This document shows, piece by piece, positions 9,256-19,569 of a stretch of 64,000 bases of DNA (the stretch's first letter is position 1; the number at the start of each line of letters is the position of its first letter). The translations under genes were made by a program, and so were the position numbers. The notes beneath the pieces are model-generated. The model searched no databases. It saw only the letters and a list, made by a program, of their open reading frames with translations, and was not told the origin of the DNA. This DNA is from Desulfomonilia bacterium (GTDB lineage: Bacteria > Desulfobacterota > Desulfomonilia > UBA1062): assembly GCA_963664325.2 (NCBI GenBank), contig CAXXDQ010000002.1:96001-160000 (forward strand), given 5' to 3'.

Positions 9256-10296
9256 TTATGTTTTTGCCTGATTGCCTGCTTTTCTGAGAACCATGCCGAT
9301 GAGAAAAGCCAATGCAAGGGTAAGGATTCCTCCGATAATTCCGGCAAAAGAAGTTCCTGCACTTATTCCCGGCCAGGTCTCGGAGGTCTTTTCCTCCACG
9401 GATTCGCTCTTGGAAACGGTCTGCTTAAAATTATAATCAGGCAGTATTGCGGTCTTTTCCTGAATTGATGAAAGCGCTTTGTGGATATTGTCTGTGGGCG
9501 GGGCCAGTTCTTCCTTTCCAGCAGTGCGGAACACGGACCATTCGAGGCCGTCAGGCTGGGATGAGGCGAACCATGCAAGAATGCCTCCTGTCAGTGCTGC
9601 GGTGATACCGATGGCAATAACAATACCTTTTATGGGAGTCTGTACTTTGAGGCCTTTTCTATGGGTTATGATCTCAGGCCTTGCCTTTATGACAAATGAG
9701 ACCACTGCTGCGGTAACGATGCCTTCAACTATACCGATTGCAAGATGTATCGGCTGCATGAGAAGAACAAATGTTTTGAACGGGAGTTCACTAATTCCTG
9801 ATGACATGGTCTCAATGACTACGCTGGAGGCCCCCAGTTGAAGTCCGATAATTGCTGCTAACAAAGAACCAGTGATGATTTTCCCTTGAGTCGGTTTTTC
9901 TCCAGCTATTTTTTTGTAGATAAGGGGATAGGCGACAAAACATGTCCAGAAGCCAAGATTGAATATGTTACAGCCAAGGGCAAGCAGTCCGCCGTCTCCG
10001 AATATGAGTGCCTGCACGGTCAGGATAGAAGCCATGACAATGAACCCTGCGTAAGGTCCCAACAGAATAGAGAGAATAAGTCCTCCTCCAAGATGGCCGC
10101 TTGAACCGGTGGCTGGAATGGTAAAATTGATCATCTGTGCTGAAAAAACAAATGCCCCCAGTACGCCCATAAGCGCTGTCCGGCTGTTCTGACCCTCGTT
10201 TGATAACTTTTTAGACGAATAAGCCACAAGACCAGCTGAAACCGCCCACATCGCACCACCGACTGCCGGTGATATAAGCGCATCAGCCATATGCAT
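9256..10296 (-). CDS. nikMN: ECF nickel/cobalt S component, NikM-NikN (PDGLE) fusion
   Basis: Start reassigned to MHMADAL (metal-binding Met1-His2; GGAGG 8 nt upstream); GSSGHLGGG motif; C-terminal ASSQPDGLEW domain. Confidence 0.85.
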   Translation of the reverse strand: MHMADALISPAVGGAMWAVSAGLVAYSSKKLSNEGQNSRTALMGVLGAFVFSAQMINFTIPATGSSGHLGGGLILSILLGPYAGFIVMASILTVQALIFGDGGLLALGCNIFNLGFWTCFVAYPLIYKKIAGEKPTQGKIITGSLLAAIIGLQLGASSVVIETMSSGISELPFKTFVLLMQPIHLAIGIVEGIVTAAVVSFVIKARPEIITHRKGLKVQTPIKGIVIAIGITAALTGGILAWFASSQPDGLEWSVFRTAGKEELAPPTDNIHKALSSIQEKTAILPDYNFKQTVSKSESVEEKTSETWPGISAGTSFAGIIGGILTLALAFLIGMVLRKAGNQAKT

Positions 10297-10330
10297 GACC
10301 ATAACCTCCAGAATAAGAATCGAAGATAAC

Positions 10331-10357
10331 GTAGCACGAAAATAAAAATAGTAGCAA
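10331..10357 (-). promoter_or_regulatory. Candidate NikR operator
   Basis: Minus strand reads TTGCTAC-N13-GTGCTAC, resembling the GTGCTAC-N13-GTGTTAC NikR site of the Geobacter nik(MN) promoter (recalled from the literature). Confidence 0.6.
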
Positions 10358-10564
10358 GTATAAAATACTTTTCAGACAAACGTAACATTGGCGGAATTAT
10401 ACGGGAGTTTTAAAAATTGACTGAACATGAATGAAGCGGGTATCATGAATCATGTCATCTTTGCTGGTTTGATTAACAAAAACAACCGGAGAAATTTGGC
10501 TTATTTCTCAACTTTGTTCAGCAAAACAGTTTTTTAATAAAAAATCATAGAGAGGAATTGCGCT

Positions 10565-12124
10565 ATGAAAGAGCGAACAATAACCAGAAGGAACATGATA
10601 AAGCTGGGGGTTCTGGCCGGAGCTGCAGCCTCCTGCCCTGGAGGAGCAGGGCTGATTTCCGGTCTGCTGGAATTACCTGGTGCTTCTGCATATGCAGCCG
10701 GAGCCCCCAGGTCGTTACCTATCAGAAAAATTCCGGGGTTCACAGGCAAACAGCCTAATATAGTACTGATACTGTGTGATGATCTGGGGCAGGGTGATCC
10801 GGGATGCTACGGTGACAGAACCATTCGTACACCCAACATCGACCGTCTGGCCTCCGAAGGAGTACGTTTTACCGATTTTTATGCCTCGGCTTCATTGTGT
10901 ACGCCCTCGCGGATTGGCCTTCTCACGGGACGTTATGCCATACGGTCTGGCATGGTTTTTCCGATGCAGTCCGGTGGACAGAGCATGACGGCCAGGATCA
11001 TGCAGTCTGTCGGACGCGGGTTCGGAAGGCTGGGAGCCATAGATCTCTCGGTTAAAAGCCTGGTAGATGGTATCCCCGCTGATGAGATCACCATCGCTGA
11101 TGCTTTGAAGGTGGCCGGATACAGGACGGGAATGATAGGCAAATGGCATCTTGGAGATTTCAGCCATAACCCTGAATACCACCCTATGCAGCATGGCTTT
11201 GATGAGTTCTTCGGAACACCCATGACCAACGATGAATTGCCCAACCCGCTTTTTAGAAATAAAACCATGCTGGAAAAGGATATCGGTTTGAACCAGGCGA
11301 GGCTCACCGGTCTTTCGACCGGTGAAGCAATCGGTTTCATCAGGCGTAATAAGGACAGGCAGCCGTTCTTCCTTTATCTGGCTTATCATGCGCCGCATCT
11401 GCCGCTGGTTGCCTCGGAAAAGTTCAAGGATAAATCCCGTGCCGGCATCTATGGAGATGTGGTGGAGGAGCTTGACTGGGGCGTGGGTGAGGTATTGCGA
11501 TACTTGAAGGAAACGGGTCTGGAAAAGGATACGATAGTTATTTTCACCAGCGACAACGGTCCCTGGTACAACGGCAACCCCGGCGACGCGTATAGAGGCA
11601 GGAAGGGGGAAAGCTATGAGGGTGGATTCCGCACGCCACTGATCGTGAGGTGGCCGGGAAAGATCGCTGAAGGAAGCGTATGCACGGAACCGGCACAGAA
11701 CATTGATTTTTTTCCGACCCTCTCGGCCCTTGCCGGCCTTAATCTGCCCGCAGACCGCATTATCGATGGCAAGGATATGCAGGGGCTTTGGACGGGGAAG
11801 GATAAAAAGTCACCCCACGACGCGTTTTTCTTCTATCATGTGGAACAACTTGAAGGTTTGCGGGCCGGCGACTGGAAATACTTCCGTCATGTCAACCACT
11901 ATACCTGGCCGCAACCTCTCGACAAGCCGACTACGACCTTCGGCAAGCTTTCAAGGGACAGGTTTCTGGGGAATTGGCCGAATCTCTACAACCTCAAGAC
12001 TGATTTAGGCGAAAATTATGATCTGGCCTCGCGGTATCCCAATGTCTGTACGCAAATGGAAAAGATCATGACAGACTGGGAAAAGGGCATTACAAATAAC
12101 CGCAAGGGATGGATAAAAAAATAG
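10565..12124 (+). CDS. Tat-exported Cys-type arylsulfatase
   Basis: TRRNMIK twin-arginine signal; PNIVLILCDDLG, CTPSR formylglycine motif, GKWHLG, SDNG. Confidence 0.92.
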   Translation: MKERTITRRNMIKLGVLAGAAASCPGGAGLISGLLELPGASAYAAGAPRSLPIRKIPGFTGKQPNIVLILCDDLGQGDPGCYGDRTIRTPNIDRLASEGVRFTDFYASASLCTPSRIGLLTGRYAIRSGMVFPMQSGGQSMTARIMQSVGRGFGRLGAIDLSVKSLVDGIPADEITIADALKVAGYRTGMIGKWHLGDFSHNPEYHPMQHGFDEFFGTPMTNDELPNPLFRNKTMLEKDIGLNQARLTGLSTGEAIGFIRRNKDRQPFFLYLAYHAPHLPLVASEKFKDKSRAGIYGDVVEELDWGVGEVLRYLKETGLEKDTIVIFTSDNGPWYNGNPGDAYRGRKGESYEGGFRTPLIVRWPGKIAEGSVCTEPAQNIDFFPTLSALAGLNLPADRIIDGKDMQGLWTGKDKKSPHDAFFFYHVEQLEGLRAGDWKYFRHVNHYTWPQPLDKPTTTFGKLSRDRFLGNWPNLYNLKTDLGENYDLASRYPNVCTQMEKIMTDWEKGITNNRKGWIKK

Positions 12125-12192
12125 TTTATGGGACTAAACTTGCTAAATTTTTATATGGGAGCGGAAAGGACTGAACTTATAGTCTGAAAATA

Positions 12193-13428
12193 ATGGTCAA
12201 GAAACCCTTACAGAGCATCCTGGTCAAACCAGCCGGCCCCGATTGCAACATGGCCTGCACCTATTGCTTTTACACAGGCAAGCAGAACCTGTTTTCTGAG
12301 ACCACTGAACACCGTATGAATGAAACAGTGCTCACAGAGCTTATCAGACAGTTCATGGGACAATCAACAGCTGATGTCTCCATCGCCTGGCAGGGCGGTG
12401 AACCGACTCTTATGGGATTATCTTTTTTTAAAAAGGCCGTTGAGCTGGAAGAGCGTTTTGGAAAAGGAAAAACAATAGGCAACGGCCTGCAGACCAACGG
12501 CCTCCTGCTCGATAAAAGCTGGGCCGGATTTTTCAAACGGTACAGCTTCCTGATAGGGCTTTCCATTGATGGTCCCGAGCATGTACATGACCACTACCGC
12601 CGACGGCTCGGGGGGCAGGCAACATGGCACGCAGTATACGACAGTGCCAGGCTGCTGCTTGATGCAGGTGTGTCAGTGAATGCCCTTACTGTTATCAACG
12701 ATTACTCGTCACGCTTCCCGGATGAGGTCTATGGCTTTCACCGGGATGCCGGTTTGAACTACATGCAATTCATCCCTTGCCTGGAACCTGATCCCCGACA
12801 CCCGGCCCGAGCTGCATCATTCTCGGTTTCCCCTCAGGCCTACGGCGAATTCCTTTGCCGCGTGTTTGACCTCTGGCTCAGGGACTTCAAGAACGGCAAG
12901 CCGACCACTTCCATACGCTTCTTTGAAGCGCTATTGTTCAGCTATGCCGGGTTTCCTGCCACGGAATGCACCCTGATGCCAGAATGCGGCCAGTACGTAG
13001 TGGTTGAACATAACGGTGACGTCTTTGCCTGCGACTTCTTTGTCGAACCCGAAAGGAAACTGGGAAATATCTTGCATGTCCGTTTGGATGATATGCTCAA
13101 CTCGAGCAGACAGCTGGCTTTCGGCAAAGGCAAGTCCGATCTTCCTTCCGAGTGTGCGGATTGCAAATGGCTTGCGGTATGCCGCGGGGGATGCCTGAAG
13201 GACCGCCTCCTCGGTATGCACAACGGCAGGCTCAATTATTTCTGCCCTTCATTCAAGCTGTTTTTCACCCATGCCGATTCCGGATTGCGGAAATTGGTAG
13301 CGGAATGGAAGCTTGAACAGGTTTCCGGAAGCGGTCTGGCTGTGCCACATTCCGGTCATACCGGCCGCAATGAGCCATGCCCGTGCGGAAGCGGAAAAAA
13401 ATACAAACGCTGCTGCGGCAAGGGATAG
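12193..13428 (+). CDS. Anaerobic sulfatase maturase (anSME; radical SAM/SPASM) with C-terminal SEC-C motif
   Basis: KPAGPDCNMACTYCFY, WQGGEPTL, SPASM cysteines, GRNEPCPCGSGKKYKRCCG. Confidence 0.92.
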   Translation: MVKKPLQSILVKPAGPDCNMACTYCFYTGKQNLFSETTEHRMNETVLTELIRQFMGQSTADVSIAWQGGEPTLMGLSFFKKAVELEERFGKGKTIGNGLQTNGLLLDKSWAGFFKRYSFLIGLSIDGPEHVHDHYRRRLGGQATWHAVYDSARLLLDAGVSVNALTVINDYSSRFPDEVYGFHRDAGLNYMQFIPCLEPDPRHPARAASFSVSPQAYGEFLCRVFDLWLRDFKNGKPTTSIRFFEALLFSYAGFPATECTLMPECGQYVVVEHNGDVFACDFFVEPERKLGNILHVRLDDMLNSSRQLAFGKGKSDLPSECADCKWLAVCRGGCLKDRLLGMHNGRLNYFCPSFKLFFTHADSGLRKLVAEWKLEQVSGSGLAVPHSGHTGRNEPCPCGSGKKYKRCCGKG

Positions 13429-13483
13429 TTGCCCGCCCAACATAAATTTTACCCGAGCCGCCTATACGATATCTACTGCCTTA

Positions 13484-15853
13484 TCACCCCCATAATCCTC
13501 GTTTTCTTGACCGTCTGGGCAACCATAGGGCAAGATTGATCAGTATGAAAACAGGCAATTGTCTTAATGAACGCTGCTGCTTTATGAACCTGTTGAGGAT
13601 ATTCCGCGGGGAGTAAAATTCATTCAGAAATGCCCTGTAGCCGTTTTCAAGCATATCGGTGTCGAGGGTTTTGGGGCGGACTATGACACTGTAGCCCGTA
13701 TAGTTTTCATATGACCCCCTTTGAAGCAGCCTGCCTTCCTTATCCGCACAGGTATGAAAATCCGTGCCGGGATAGGGGATAGGCAGATTGGCCGCCACGC
13801 TGCACAGAGAACTGTCGTTCAGGAAGTCAAGCGTTTGGCGGAAAACACTTTCATCGTCTGCATCAAGGCCGAATATCAGGCCGCCGATGACTAAAATTCC
13901 ATGTTTGTCAAAAACTGATAACAGCTCCTTATATTTCTTCACGTTGTTGAATGACTTGGATACGGAATCAAGGCTCTGGTTATTGATGCTTTCCAGCCCT
14001 ACGAAAACTCCTTTGCAGCCGGCCAGTGAAGCCAGATGTATGAGCTCTTCATCGGCTGCAACACTCAATTGCGTCTGGAAATACAATCTCTTTTTTAAGG
14101 GCCTTATCGCAGTGAAGAGTTCCTTTGCGTATTCGCCGTCAACAGGCAGGTTGTCATCCATAAAGATAATATCCGTCGAGTCGGACTGCCGTATATCGGA
14201 AACTACCTGCTCAACGGGCCTTTTGCGATAGGTTGGATGAATATACCTGTTGAAGCAGAAAGAGCACCTGTTAGGGCAGCCCCTGGTAGCTTCGACTGGA
14301 TAAACCGGCAGATAGAATTTGGAATGGAGCAAATCCACCCTCGGGCTGTTGAGATTGGATATATCAGGGGGTTCTTCATTATAATAGCGTCTTTTAAGAG
14401 CGCCTGCTTCCAGATCCCTGAGAAGCTCATCCCATGCGCCGCCTTCGGCTTCTCCAATAAGGACCGAGTCAAAGTATTCAAGCACTTCCCCGGGGACTGC
14501 TGTTGCATGCGTACCTCCCGCAACTGTTTTGATGCCGGAGGAGGCCGCCTCCTGCGCAATGCCGTATGCAAGCATGGCATTGTTGCAGGAAAAGGTAACA
14601 CCTATCAGGTCAATTCCGTCTTTAGGGATTTCGATCTTCTCCACACGTCCGTCAAGGATTCTTACAGTATGCTTTTCAGGTGTGGCCCCTGCCAGCCTCG
14701 GGAGCGTAAGCGTCCTGAAGGTGGTATAAGGAAGACTCCTGGGCTGGGCGTCAATAAGGAGAATATTCAATCCCGGCCCGGTGTTGTCGACTTGAGAAAA
14801 AGTATTTTTGTTATCAAGGCTGCTCATGATAAGACATTCATAAAATGGAAATGTCTTGTTATCGGCGTCTTTCTGCTGCATTGTGAGAAAGTCAATAATC
14901 GGCAGAAGATAGTCCTTCCATGAACAGTAGATGTCGGAAAAACACACAGCCCACGATTCGGGATATTTTGGAGGGACTACTGTTAAAGGCCACATGTGCT
15001 TTTGTATGATGTCCCGTTCCCTTTCCGAAAGTTCGGTTACTGTCTCGGCATTTTTAAGCGCTATCCCGGGGTGCTTGAAACCGTGAAAGTTCGGTCCCTC
15101 CCTGAGCCAGTCATAGAAGAACAAATCATGCAGCAATGCGCCTCTGGCAGTTGATGAGCAGTCGAGAGACAGGAATCTTGACAATTTGAATGAGAGCCAT
15201 GAGACTTCCAGAACATGATCGAGTCTGGTTTTGCCGAAATGATGATTGCAGTCTTTCAGCCTTGCAACATCATCATTCATCAGAAGAGGTGAAACAATAC
15301 TTATGAAGTCTTCTTTCAGTGATTCCAGTTCCTGACTTTCCTGATATTTCCAGAATATACCTTCCAGGGTTATAAGCAAATCCACTGTCATCAAAACAGC
15401 GCTTGTTAAAATAATTATATCAGGAAGCGGCTGCAGTGATCTGTGCGAAGACAAGACATATATAACGATTGGGCCTAATACTGCATCAATAGCCAGCGCC
15501 ATACATGTCCAGTAAACAGAGAATCTCAGGCACACATACCCCTTGATATTAAAATGCTGGTCAGAGTAATCCCACAACCTGATCTTGAAAAATTTATCAA
15601 GACTCCAGCCCGAGATAAGCTCGAATCCGCTCAAAGCAAGTAAATAGGCCATAGCTTTTGCAGGCAGCCCGTAATTTAAGGTTATGGCCTGAACGGCCAT
15701 TATAAGAAGCATGCCAAAACCATAGACCGGCAGGTAATATCCTGCCAGAAAACCCGGATTTACAAACCTTCCCGCATGTATTGACCGGTAAATAACTTCC
15801 AACACCCATCCCAGAACCGATGCTACGACAAAACAGTAAACAAGGACTTTCAT
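13484..15853 (-). CDS. Fusion: CmpB/TMEM229-like membrane domain + HD phosphohydrolase + B12-binding radical SAM
   Basis: LGWVLE…RFVNPGFLAG…LWDYS (CmpB-like); HVLEV…ALLHD…HPGIA…HMWP (HD); GGTHAT…GEAE…RGCPNRCSFC (class B radical SAM). Confidence 0.8.
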   Translation of the reverse strand: MKVLVYCFVVASVLGWVLEVIYRSIHAGRFVNPGFLAGYYLPVYGFGMLLIMAVQAITLNYGLPAKAMAYLLALSGFELISGWSLDKFFKIRLWDYSDQHFNIKGYVCLRFSVYWTCMALAIDAVLGPIVIYVLSSHRSLQPLPDIIILTSAVLMTVDLLITLEGIFWKYQESQELESLKEDFISIVSPLLMNDDVARLKDCNHHFGKTRLDHVLEVSWLSFKLSRFLSLDCSSTARGALLHDLFFYDWLREGPNFHGFKHPGIALKNAETVTELSERERDIIQKHMWPLTVVPPKYPESWAVCFSDIYCSWKDYLLPIIDFLTMQQKDADNKTFPFYECLIMSSLDNKNTFSQVDNTGPGLNILLIDAQPRSLPYTTFRTLTLPRLAGATPEKHTVRILDGRVEKIEIPKDGIDLIGVTFSCNNAMLAYGIAQEAASSGIKTVAGGTHATAVPGEVLEYFDSVLIGEAEGGAWDELLRDLEAGALKRRYYNEEPPDISNLNSPRVDLLHSKFYLPVYPVEATRGCPNRCSFCFNRYIHPTYRKRPVEQVVSDIRQSDSTDIIFMDDNLPVDGEYAKELFTAIRPLKKRLYFQTQLSVAADEELIHLASLAGCKGVFVGLESINNQSLDSVSKSFNNVKKYKELLSVFDKHGILVIGGLIFGLDADDESVFRQTLDFLNDSSLCSVAANLPIPYPGTDFHTCADKEGRLLQRGSYENYTGYSVIVRPKTLDTDMLENGYRAFLNEFYSPRNILNRFIKQQRSLRQLPVFILINLALWLPRRSRKRGLWG

Positions 15854-15979
15854 ACTTCCTCCCGGAATAGTAAATTTCTATTTGATATGAACCGTTGAAC
15901 ATATTGTTATATTGTTCAGCGTGATGATAAAAAAATATCCCCTTTTAATATTCATGTGAGAGACATGATTGACTATGCT

Positions 15980-16573
15980 TCAGGCTTCTTTTTTAATTAA
16001 CAGTCCCCGGCAAAATATATCCAGAAGCTCTTTCAATCCATCCTGTATGGCATCGGGATCTCCCGAAGCCGGGATGAAGGTTTCTATGCCCTTGAATGCC
16101 GCAATCAGCATTCCCGCGACAACTGAAGCCGGTATCTTCCGGAACTCGCCTTTGACCTGGCCTTCTTCTATAATCGATTTTAGCAGTTCGGTTTCCTGTT
16201 TGACGAAGGCATCTCTGCATTTTCCTTCTACAATGCCGGCATCGTTTCCCGCAGTCTGGGATATTTTATGCAGATTGATGGTATGTTTGATTTTATCAAA
16301 CCTGGTCAGCATATATGCGATAAGCCTGTCGCTCGGGCGGACGCAGGTCTGAACCGCTTTTCGGATGTCAGCCATCAAAAGGGCTGCTTCTTTTTTTATA
16401 ACCTCGACAAAAATTAGCTCCTTGTTTTCATAGTAATGGTAGATAGCTGCTTTTGTCAGGCCGCATGCCTTTGCTATATCGTCGGTCGTACACTTGCGGA
16501 AACCGAGTTTTGCAAAGAGAAAACGGGCTTCGTTGAGAATCTGCTCTTTCCTTTCCAATACATTTGCTACCAT
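15980..16573 (-). CDS. TetR/AcrR family regulator
   Basis: ILNEARFLFAKLGFRKCTTDDIAKACGLTKAAIYHYYENKE helix-turn-helix. Confidence 0.92.
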   Translation of the reverse strand: MVANVLERKEQILNEARFLFAKLGFRKCTTDDIAKACGLTKAAIYHYYENKELIFVEVIKKEAALLMADIRKAVQTCVRPSDRLIAYMLTRFDKIKHTINLHKISQTAGNDAGIVEGKCRDAFVKQETELLKSIIEEGQVKGEFRKIPASVVAGMLIAAFKGIETFIPASGDPDAIQDGLKELLDIFCRGLLIKKEA

Positions 16574-16785
16574 TAATTTCCTCCGGAAAAATTTATTGCT
16601 TAATTAAATTATTAAACAAATATCCTATTGGGTCAATGGTTTAATTCGTGCTGTATATACAGGGGGCTTGTCACCGGAAATCTTTCTTGATGTTTGTATC
16701 CGTAAATACCCATGGATAGTTTTTTTCTGGGCAGAAAAAGAACAGGTGAGGCCTCAATTATCCGGAACTTCTGTTTCAAAGGCAT

Positions 16786-18006
16786 CTAATACCGGGATTC
16801 TATCATCTCCATAAACGCTTCTATCCTGGTTCTGAATTGACCCTCAGTGAATTTGCGCTCGTCCACGCAGTCCACTTCGAGATTGAGCACCGGCACGCCT
16901 ATTTCACGAAGGCCTGCCTCGATAAGTCCCCGTGCTCCCGTACCCTGCCTGCAGCCCCAATTGCAGGGATTGATGGCCCCGTGAATCTTGTAATCTTTGG
17001 CGAGTTTCTTCAGATGTTCGATCCTGCGGAAACCTGAACCGTTGAACGGAATGGATATGGACCGCCGGGCCAGCCCTTCAAAGGGGTTATCAGGATCGAT
17101 CGGGTCCCATGTAATGTCGTTAAGCTCGTCACAGACTATCACTGCCTTAAAATCTTTTTCGAGGATATCGGCCAGCGGGTTTTTAAACTGGATGCGGTTC
17201 TGAATCCACAGGAGGCGGACCTTCTCACCCGGGACCCCGCTTTGATTGTCCCTGATCCTTTTTGCAAATTCGTCCCGGTATGCCCGGGCAACGCTTACGG
17301 CTTCAGGGCTGCCGAAGAAAAGCGCCATGACAATGGAGAAGTTGTTCAGATCCTTGCTGTTGGCAGGCGATGGATAATGTTTTGCCAGGTCAAACACCTC
17401 AGCCATAATCTCGCTGGTTCTATTCGTATTTTCGATTGCGGTTCTCAGCCTGTCCATATCCAGGGCGACTCCGGTGTGTTTTGTAACAAACTCCGTAAGG
17501 CTCCTTATCTGATCAGCCAGGTACCCGACTTCGGAAACCGAATCTCCCTGAGGTATCTGCAGGATGAAAAGCGGCTTTTTAAAATGTCTTGCAATGTTCT
17601 CTATTACTGCAAGACCACCGCTGCATGGATTTGTTGTACCGACAAGCAGTTCAGGTTCCGGCATTATACCCTTCAACACGGCTCCGGTCACGGACCTGTG
17701 ATAGCTGCACGCATCCGAGGAGTAACCGATGTGATCGGCCGCCTCGATAATGTCGCCCACCATGCCGGTTGAGGCAAGCATGGCGCCGATGAATTCAACG
17801 AAGCACGAGGTCATTCCCATTGCGTAAAGCAGGTCGAACGGGGCGGTAATCCCGCACCATGCAACTTTATCCTCGCCTGAATAAAGGCGTTTTCCCATCC
17901 TTGCTATCTCCAGGGAATAAAGTTTCCTGGGACTCGCCTTGCCGCCCTGGTTTTCGATTGATGTTACAATGCCCTTTTCAAGGTCTCTAAAGTAATTTTT
18001 CAGCAT
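16786..18006 (-). CDS. 2-hydroxyacyl-CoA dehydratase family subunit (HgdA/FldB/BcrB-like)
   Basis: DACSY, NPCSG, WGCRQ cysteines; C-terminal GQFRTRIEAFMEM. Confidence 0.85.
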   Translation of the reverse strand: MLKNYFRDLEKGIVTSIENQGGKASPRKLYSLEIARMGKRLYSGEDKVAWCGITAPFDLLYAMGMTSCFVEFIGAMLASTGMVGDIIEAADHIGYSSDACSYHRSVTGAVLKGIMPEPELLVGTTNPCSGGLAVIENIARHFKKPLFILQIPQGDSVSEVGYLADQIRSLTEFVTKHTGVALDMDRLRTAIENTNRTSEIMAEVFDLAKHYPSPANSKDLNNFSIVMALFFGSPEAVSVARAYRDEFAKRIRDNQSGVPGEKVRLLWIQNRIQFKNPLADILEKDFKAVIVCDELNDITWDPIDPDNPFEGLARRSISIPFNGSGFRRIEHLKKLAKDYKIHGAINPCNWGCRQGTGARGLIEAGLREIGVPVLNLEVDCVDERKFTEGQFRTRIEAFMEMIESRY

Positions 18007-18011
18007 GATAT

Positions 18012-19070
18012 TTACCCCAGCATTTCGATAAAGGCTTCAATCCTCGTTCTGTGCTGCCCAATTGAGCGGGTTGTACAGTCTCCTTCAAGCATGAGCATGG
18101 GGATGCCTTCTTTTTTTAGGGTCTCAATGATAAATGGAAGCCTGGCAAGATACGGATCGCAGAATTTGGCCGTGTGGCATATAACGCCGTCGGCATTGCA
18201 TGCCCGCGCCCTTTGTACGATATTAAGAGCTGCCTTTCCTGGATAGGTGTTGTCGAAGGTGCGTGCACAGGACCTTCTATTCAGAATCGAGCGTGAAAGA
18301 GAGGTATAGAGATCATCACCATCCGTGATATCTATTATCTGGAAAAGTCTTGAGCCCGTGCAGAGGTCGTCATCCACTATGCGAGCCCCGCAATCCTCGA
18401 ACAGTTCAAAGGCGTCTTTGTCCGGAAGGATATTTCCAAACAGGAAAATAGCCGGTGATTTGACTGATGTTTCTTCTGCCTTCATATCTGACAGCAGGTC
18501 CTCGATGTATTTAACGGCCTCACTGACAGGCCTGGTCGCAGCTTCGTTGAATGCAGCCTGCAATGCCGCTTGTCCGCCCTTTGACATACCGGCATGTACC
18601 TTTGCGGCAAGCTTGTTCAGGGCATTAGCGAGCCCGTTGTATTCATATACGCTTTTTAGTATGAGCTCATCTGTAATCGCTTTTCCGCTTAATATTTCAA
18701 GTTTTGCTGCCAGACGTCTGAGCTCAATTGCAAAGAATTTTATGGAAGGTTCATCCGTAATAACCGGCAGATCTATCAGGTAAGAGTTGTCAGAGCCTCG
18801 TACAACCTTCCATGCATCAGACAGTCTTCGCATGGCATCACAGCTGTTCATGAACACCATGCCTGCAATTTCGGGAAGTTCCTTTGCCATGGCCCGGTCA
18901 AGGATCCTTTTAACATGGGGGCACAGGTTGTCATGCAGGTGCAGCCCCGCCTTCTCGGGGCTCTCGGCCAGCGGCAGTACCCTGTAAGGCTGAAAGCCTG
19001 CCGCCATCAGCAGTACAAGAGGGGTGTATGCGCAGGCATATCCAATCAGCCCATTTTTATGATTGTTCAT
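18012..19070 (-). CDS. 2-hydroxyacyl-CoA dehydratase family subunit (HgdB/BcrC-like)
   Basis: IGYACAYTP, NLCPHV, NSCDAMRR, DDLCTGSR, KFCDP, GQHRTRIEAF; start moved to MNNHK. Confidence 0.85.
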   Translation of the reverse strand: MNNHKNGLIGYACAYTPLVLLMAAGFQPYRVLPLAESPEKAGLHLHDNLCPHVKRILDRAMAKELPEIAGMVFMNSCDAMRRLSDAWKVVRGSDNSYLIDLPVITDEPSIKFFAIELRRLAAKLEILSGKAITDELILKSVYEYNGLANALNKLAAKVHAGMSKGGQAALQAAFNEAATRPVSEAVKYIEDLLSDMKAEETSVKSPAIFLFGNILPDKDAFELFEDCGARIVDDDLCTGSRLFQIIDITDGDDLYTSLSRSILNRRSCARTFDNTYPGKAALNIVQRARACNADGVICHTAKFCDPYLARLPFIIETLKKEGIPMLMLEGDCTTRSIGQHRTRIEAFIEMLG

Positions 19071-19548
19071 CCCTGTCCTCCTCATGTACATTTGCTAAAA
19101 CCTTGCGTAGCGTGTCCTTCAGGGCCGCCATTTCGGCCTCTCCGATTCCGGCTAGCACTTTTTTCAGGATTTCATCAGCCGCCCCAGCAACCTTATCCTT
19201 GATGGTACGACCCGCGTCGGTCAGGCAAATTTTCAGTTCCCGCCTGTTGCCCGGGTCAAGCACTCGCTCAAGAAGGCCGTCCCTTTCCATCCTGTCAAGA
19301 AGGCCGGTCATCGTGGAAGGTTCCAACCCCGCCCTGCGGCCAAGTTCGGTCGCCTTAAGGCCGTCTTCATTCCACAGGCTAAGGAGTGCCCCCATATATG
19401 CCGGCTTCAATTCCGTCAGACCCGCATCTGCAAATCCCTGCTTGAACGCCGCTGTAATCGCCAGGGAGACACGGGTGATCAGGAAATAAGGGCATTCCCT
19501 GGGATTTTGAGAAAAAAACTTATAATCACAAGATTTTTTTGATCCCAT
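19057..19548 (-). CDS. MarR family regulator
   Basis: ATELGRRAGLEPSTMTGLLDRMERDGLLER…DPGNRR…LTDAG. Confidence 0.9.
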   Translation of the reverse strand: MGSKKSCDYKFFSQNPRECPYFLITRVSLAITAAFKQGFADAGLTELKPAYMGALLSLWNEDGLKATELGRRAGLEPSTMTGLLDRMERDGLLERVLDPGNRRELKICLTDAGRTIKDKVAGAADEILKKVLAGIGEAEMAALKDTLRKVLANVHEEDRDEQS

Positions 19549-19569
19549 ATCTCATCTCCTAATTATTGT

